A stretch of 63,999 nucleotides of DNA, filler included, from Basidiobolus ranarum (taxonomy: Eukaryota): assembly GCA_040143965.1 (NCBI GenBank). It is 7 parts of 7 records of this genome, joined end to end, with 100 filler letters (N's around TTAATTAATTAA, not from the genome) between each part and the next. Parts side by side here need not be neighbours in the genome. Positions count along the whole stretch, not along the records: positions 55,100 to 63,999 come from JASJQH010000904.1; 6 more parts are not named here. One strand, given 5' to 3'. A model generated the notes under the pieces. That model ran no database searches. It saw nothing but the letters and a program-made list of their open reading frames with translations, and had not been told where the DNA came from. The position numbers were made by a program, and so were the translations under genes. Positions 62,801-63,999 of this stretch are shown here, piece by piece. The first letter of the stretch is position 1. The number at the start of each line of letters is the position of its first letter.

Positions 62801-63999
62801 TGCGCTCTTAGAGTTGTTAGAACTAGCGGTGAGCTTAACGCTTTCGGAGTGAACAGAGCTGGCAGTGGGCTTTAGGCTCTCAGAGTGACCAGTGCTGGCA
62901 GTAGGCTTCACGATTTCAGAATGAGCAGAGCTGACAGTTGGCTTTAAGTCTTCCGAGTGACTAGAGCTGTAAGTAGGCTTTACGCTTTCGGAGTGAACAG
63001 AGCTGGCGGTGGGCTTTAGGCTCTCAGAGTGACCAGTGCTGGCAGTATGCTTCATACTTTCAGAATGGGCAGAACTGGTAGTGGGCTTTGCAATTTCAGA
63101 ATGAGCGGAGCTGACAGTTGGCTTTAAGTCTTCCGAGTGACTAGAGCTGTAAGTAGGCTTTTCGCTCTCAGAGTGACTGAAGCTGGCAGTGGACATTATG
63201 CTTTCAGAGTTGTTAGAACTACTGGTGGGTTTACCGCTTTCGGAGGGAGCAGTGTTAACAGTAGGCTTCACAGTTTCAAAGTGACTAGAACTGGCAGTGG
63301 GCTTTAAACTTTCAGAATGGGCAGAGCTAACAGTTGGTTTCATAACTTCAGAGTGCTTAGAACTGACCGTGGGCTTTGCGCTCTTAGAGTTGTTAGAACT
63401 AGCGGTGGGCTTAACACTTTCGGAGTGAGCAGAGCTGACGGTGGGCTTTAGGCTCTCAAAGTGGCCAGTGCTGGCAGTAGGCTTCATGATTTCAGAATGA
63501 GCAGAGCTGACAGTTGGCTTTAAGTCTTCCGAGTGACTAGAGCTGTAAGTAGGCTTTACGCTCTCAGAATGAGCAGTGCTGGCAGTAGGCTTCACACTTT
63601 CAGAATGGGTAGAGCCGGTAGTGGACTTCACGATTTCAGAATGAGCAGAGCTGAAAGTGGCTTTTGCACTTTCGGAGTGTTTAGTACTGACTATGGGCTT
63701 TACACTTTCAGAGTGGACAGAGCTGGTAGTGGGCTTCACGATTTCAGAACGAGCAGAGCTGACGGTTGGTTTTAAACTTTCAGAGTAACTAGAGCTGGCG
63801 GTGGGCTTTACGCTTTCAGAGTGCTTAGAACTAACAGTAGGCTTAGCACTTTCGGAGTGCATAGTACTGCCTGTGGGCTTTAGGCTCTCAGAGTGAGCAG
63901 TGCTGGCACTAGGTTTTACAATTTCAGAAGGAGCAGAGCTGACAGTTGGCTTCAAGCCTTCCGAGTGACTAGAGCTGGCTGTAGGCTTTACGTCCTCAG
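59813..63999 (-). CDS. Very large Ser/Thr/His-rich tandem-repeat (mucin-like) protein with C-terminal CBM19-like Cys module; 5' end outside the window
   Basis: Uninterrupted ORF of more than 1380 aa; 12-aa repeat KPT(A/V)SS(A/S)HSES(V/L); C-terminus CVEGVYEC......FTVCSNG...YSCAAGTIC.......CDWA. Confidence 0.9.
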   Translation of the reverse strand, partial: EDVKPTASSSHSEGLKPTVSSAPSEIVKPSASTAHSESLKPTGSTMHSESAKPTVSSKHSESVKPTASSSYSESLKPTVSSARSEIVKPTTSSVHSESVKPIVSTKHSESAKATFSSAHSEIVKSTTGSTHSESVKPTASTAHSESVKPTYSSSHSEDLKPTVSSAHSEIMKPTASTGHFESLKPTVSSAHSESVKPTASSNNSKSAKPTVSSKHSEVMKPTVSSAHSESLKPTASSSHFETVKPTVNTAPSESGKPTSSSNNSESIMSTASFSHSESEKPTYSSSHSEDLKPTVSSAHSEIAKPTTSSAHSESMKHTASTGHSESLKPTASSVHSESVKPTYSSSHSEDLKPTVSSAHSEIVKPTASTGHSESLKPTASSVHSESVKLTASSNNSKSAKPTVSSKHSEVIKPTVSSAHSENVKPTASSSHSASVKPAASSKYSESIKPTVSSKHFESVKPTVSSSHSETVKPTASTGHSEIIKPTVSSKHSESVKPTYSSSHPENLKPTVSSSHSEIVKPTVSSVHSKSIMPTASSSHSEDVKPTASSSHSEGLKPTVSSAPSEIVKPSASTAHSASHKPTGSTKHSESAKATFSSAHSEIVKSTTGSTHSESVKPTASTAHSESVKPIVSTKPTVSSAHSESLKPAVSSAHSETVKPTASATHSESVKPIVSTKPTVSSAHSESLKPAFSSAHSETVKPTAISTHSESVKPTGSSKHSESFKPTIISSHSESVKPTDSTSPSQGLKPTINPSYSGAIKSTSSSAHSDIVKPSVGSKHSESVKPTVRSSHSESVKPTFSSRKSESSAAIEHSTHSVSLKLTVSSSHSHIVKPTVGYSYSESLKPTISSPQSESARATFSSAHSETIIPTVSSHQSENVKPSHSSAQSESVKPTVSSSKSETVKPTASSAHSESVKPSVSSSHSESIKPTASSSYSENVKPTVSSSHSESVKQTVSPSHSEIVKPTFSSAHSESVKPSVSSSQYESVKPTLNSSRSESVKPTNSAAHSESVKPTVSYSRSESEKPTNSFKNSENVKPTVNSSNSETVKPTVSSSHSESEKTTAGSKHSENVEPTSSSAHSESVKPSVSSSHSESVKPTFNSSRLESVKPTNSAAHSESVKPTNSSAHSETVEPIVNVSHSESSKSTVSFSQSEIVKPTNSAANSESLKPTFSSTHSENVRSTVSSINSKSVKATSTSAYSDSLKPTANSVHLESVKSTASSSHSETGHSESVHSSSSFVRSESEKPTSGFVHSESVKHTPSSSHFETTEPTFSSVHSEITKPTIVSSHSESTRPTASSMNSATLSSHTNSVPPKTTSLGCIASTVTVTRVITVTSDESKPTPTDSPCVEGVYECEDSEMSPKFTVCSNGKQLKYSCAAGTICKSFAGSIICDWA
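60090..63999 (-). repeat. 36-bp coding minisatellite (~105 units) with higher-order duplications
   Basis: Recurring CTTTCAGAGTGACTAGAGCTGACAGTTGGCTT-type unit; 62283-62379 is repeated identically at 63903-63999. Confidence 0.92.

Noticed and set aside
60090-63999. CRISPR-like 36-bp periodicity
   Set aside because: No unique spacers; the units are contiguous, in frame and eukaryotic coding repeats.

Overview
Eukaryotic, intron-containing DNA that looks like an early-diverging fungus (Mucoromycota/Zoopagomycota; the taxon is an inference). The window is not one locus. Seven contigs of about 9.1 kb are joined by 100-nt N spacers carrying a TTAATTAATTAA all-frame-stop linker, and their lengths fall monotonically, so they were size-sorted and concatenated and adjacency across gaps means nothing. 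Contigs 1, 2 and 5 are gene-rich: dynein light intermediate chain, a long PPR protein, GH20 hexosaminidase, UTP25, SMC2, DDHD phospholipase, Bem1/Scd2 and mitochondrial mL59. Contigs 3, 4 and 6 are CpG-depleted nests of decayed transposons (half-tRNAiMet-primed Ty1/copia, Ty3/gypsy, CACTA/EnSpm, solo LTRs). Contig 7 is the most unusual. It holds a TE-truncated spliced gene of an uncharacterised family I recall from ascomycetes and bacteria (candidate horizontal transfer), a thaumatin-like protein with an apparently rewired disulfide (CPFC), and a giant 12-aa Ser/His-repeat protein ending in a CBM19-like chitin-binding module.
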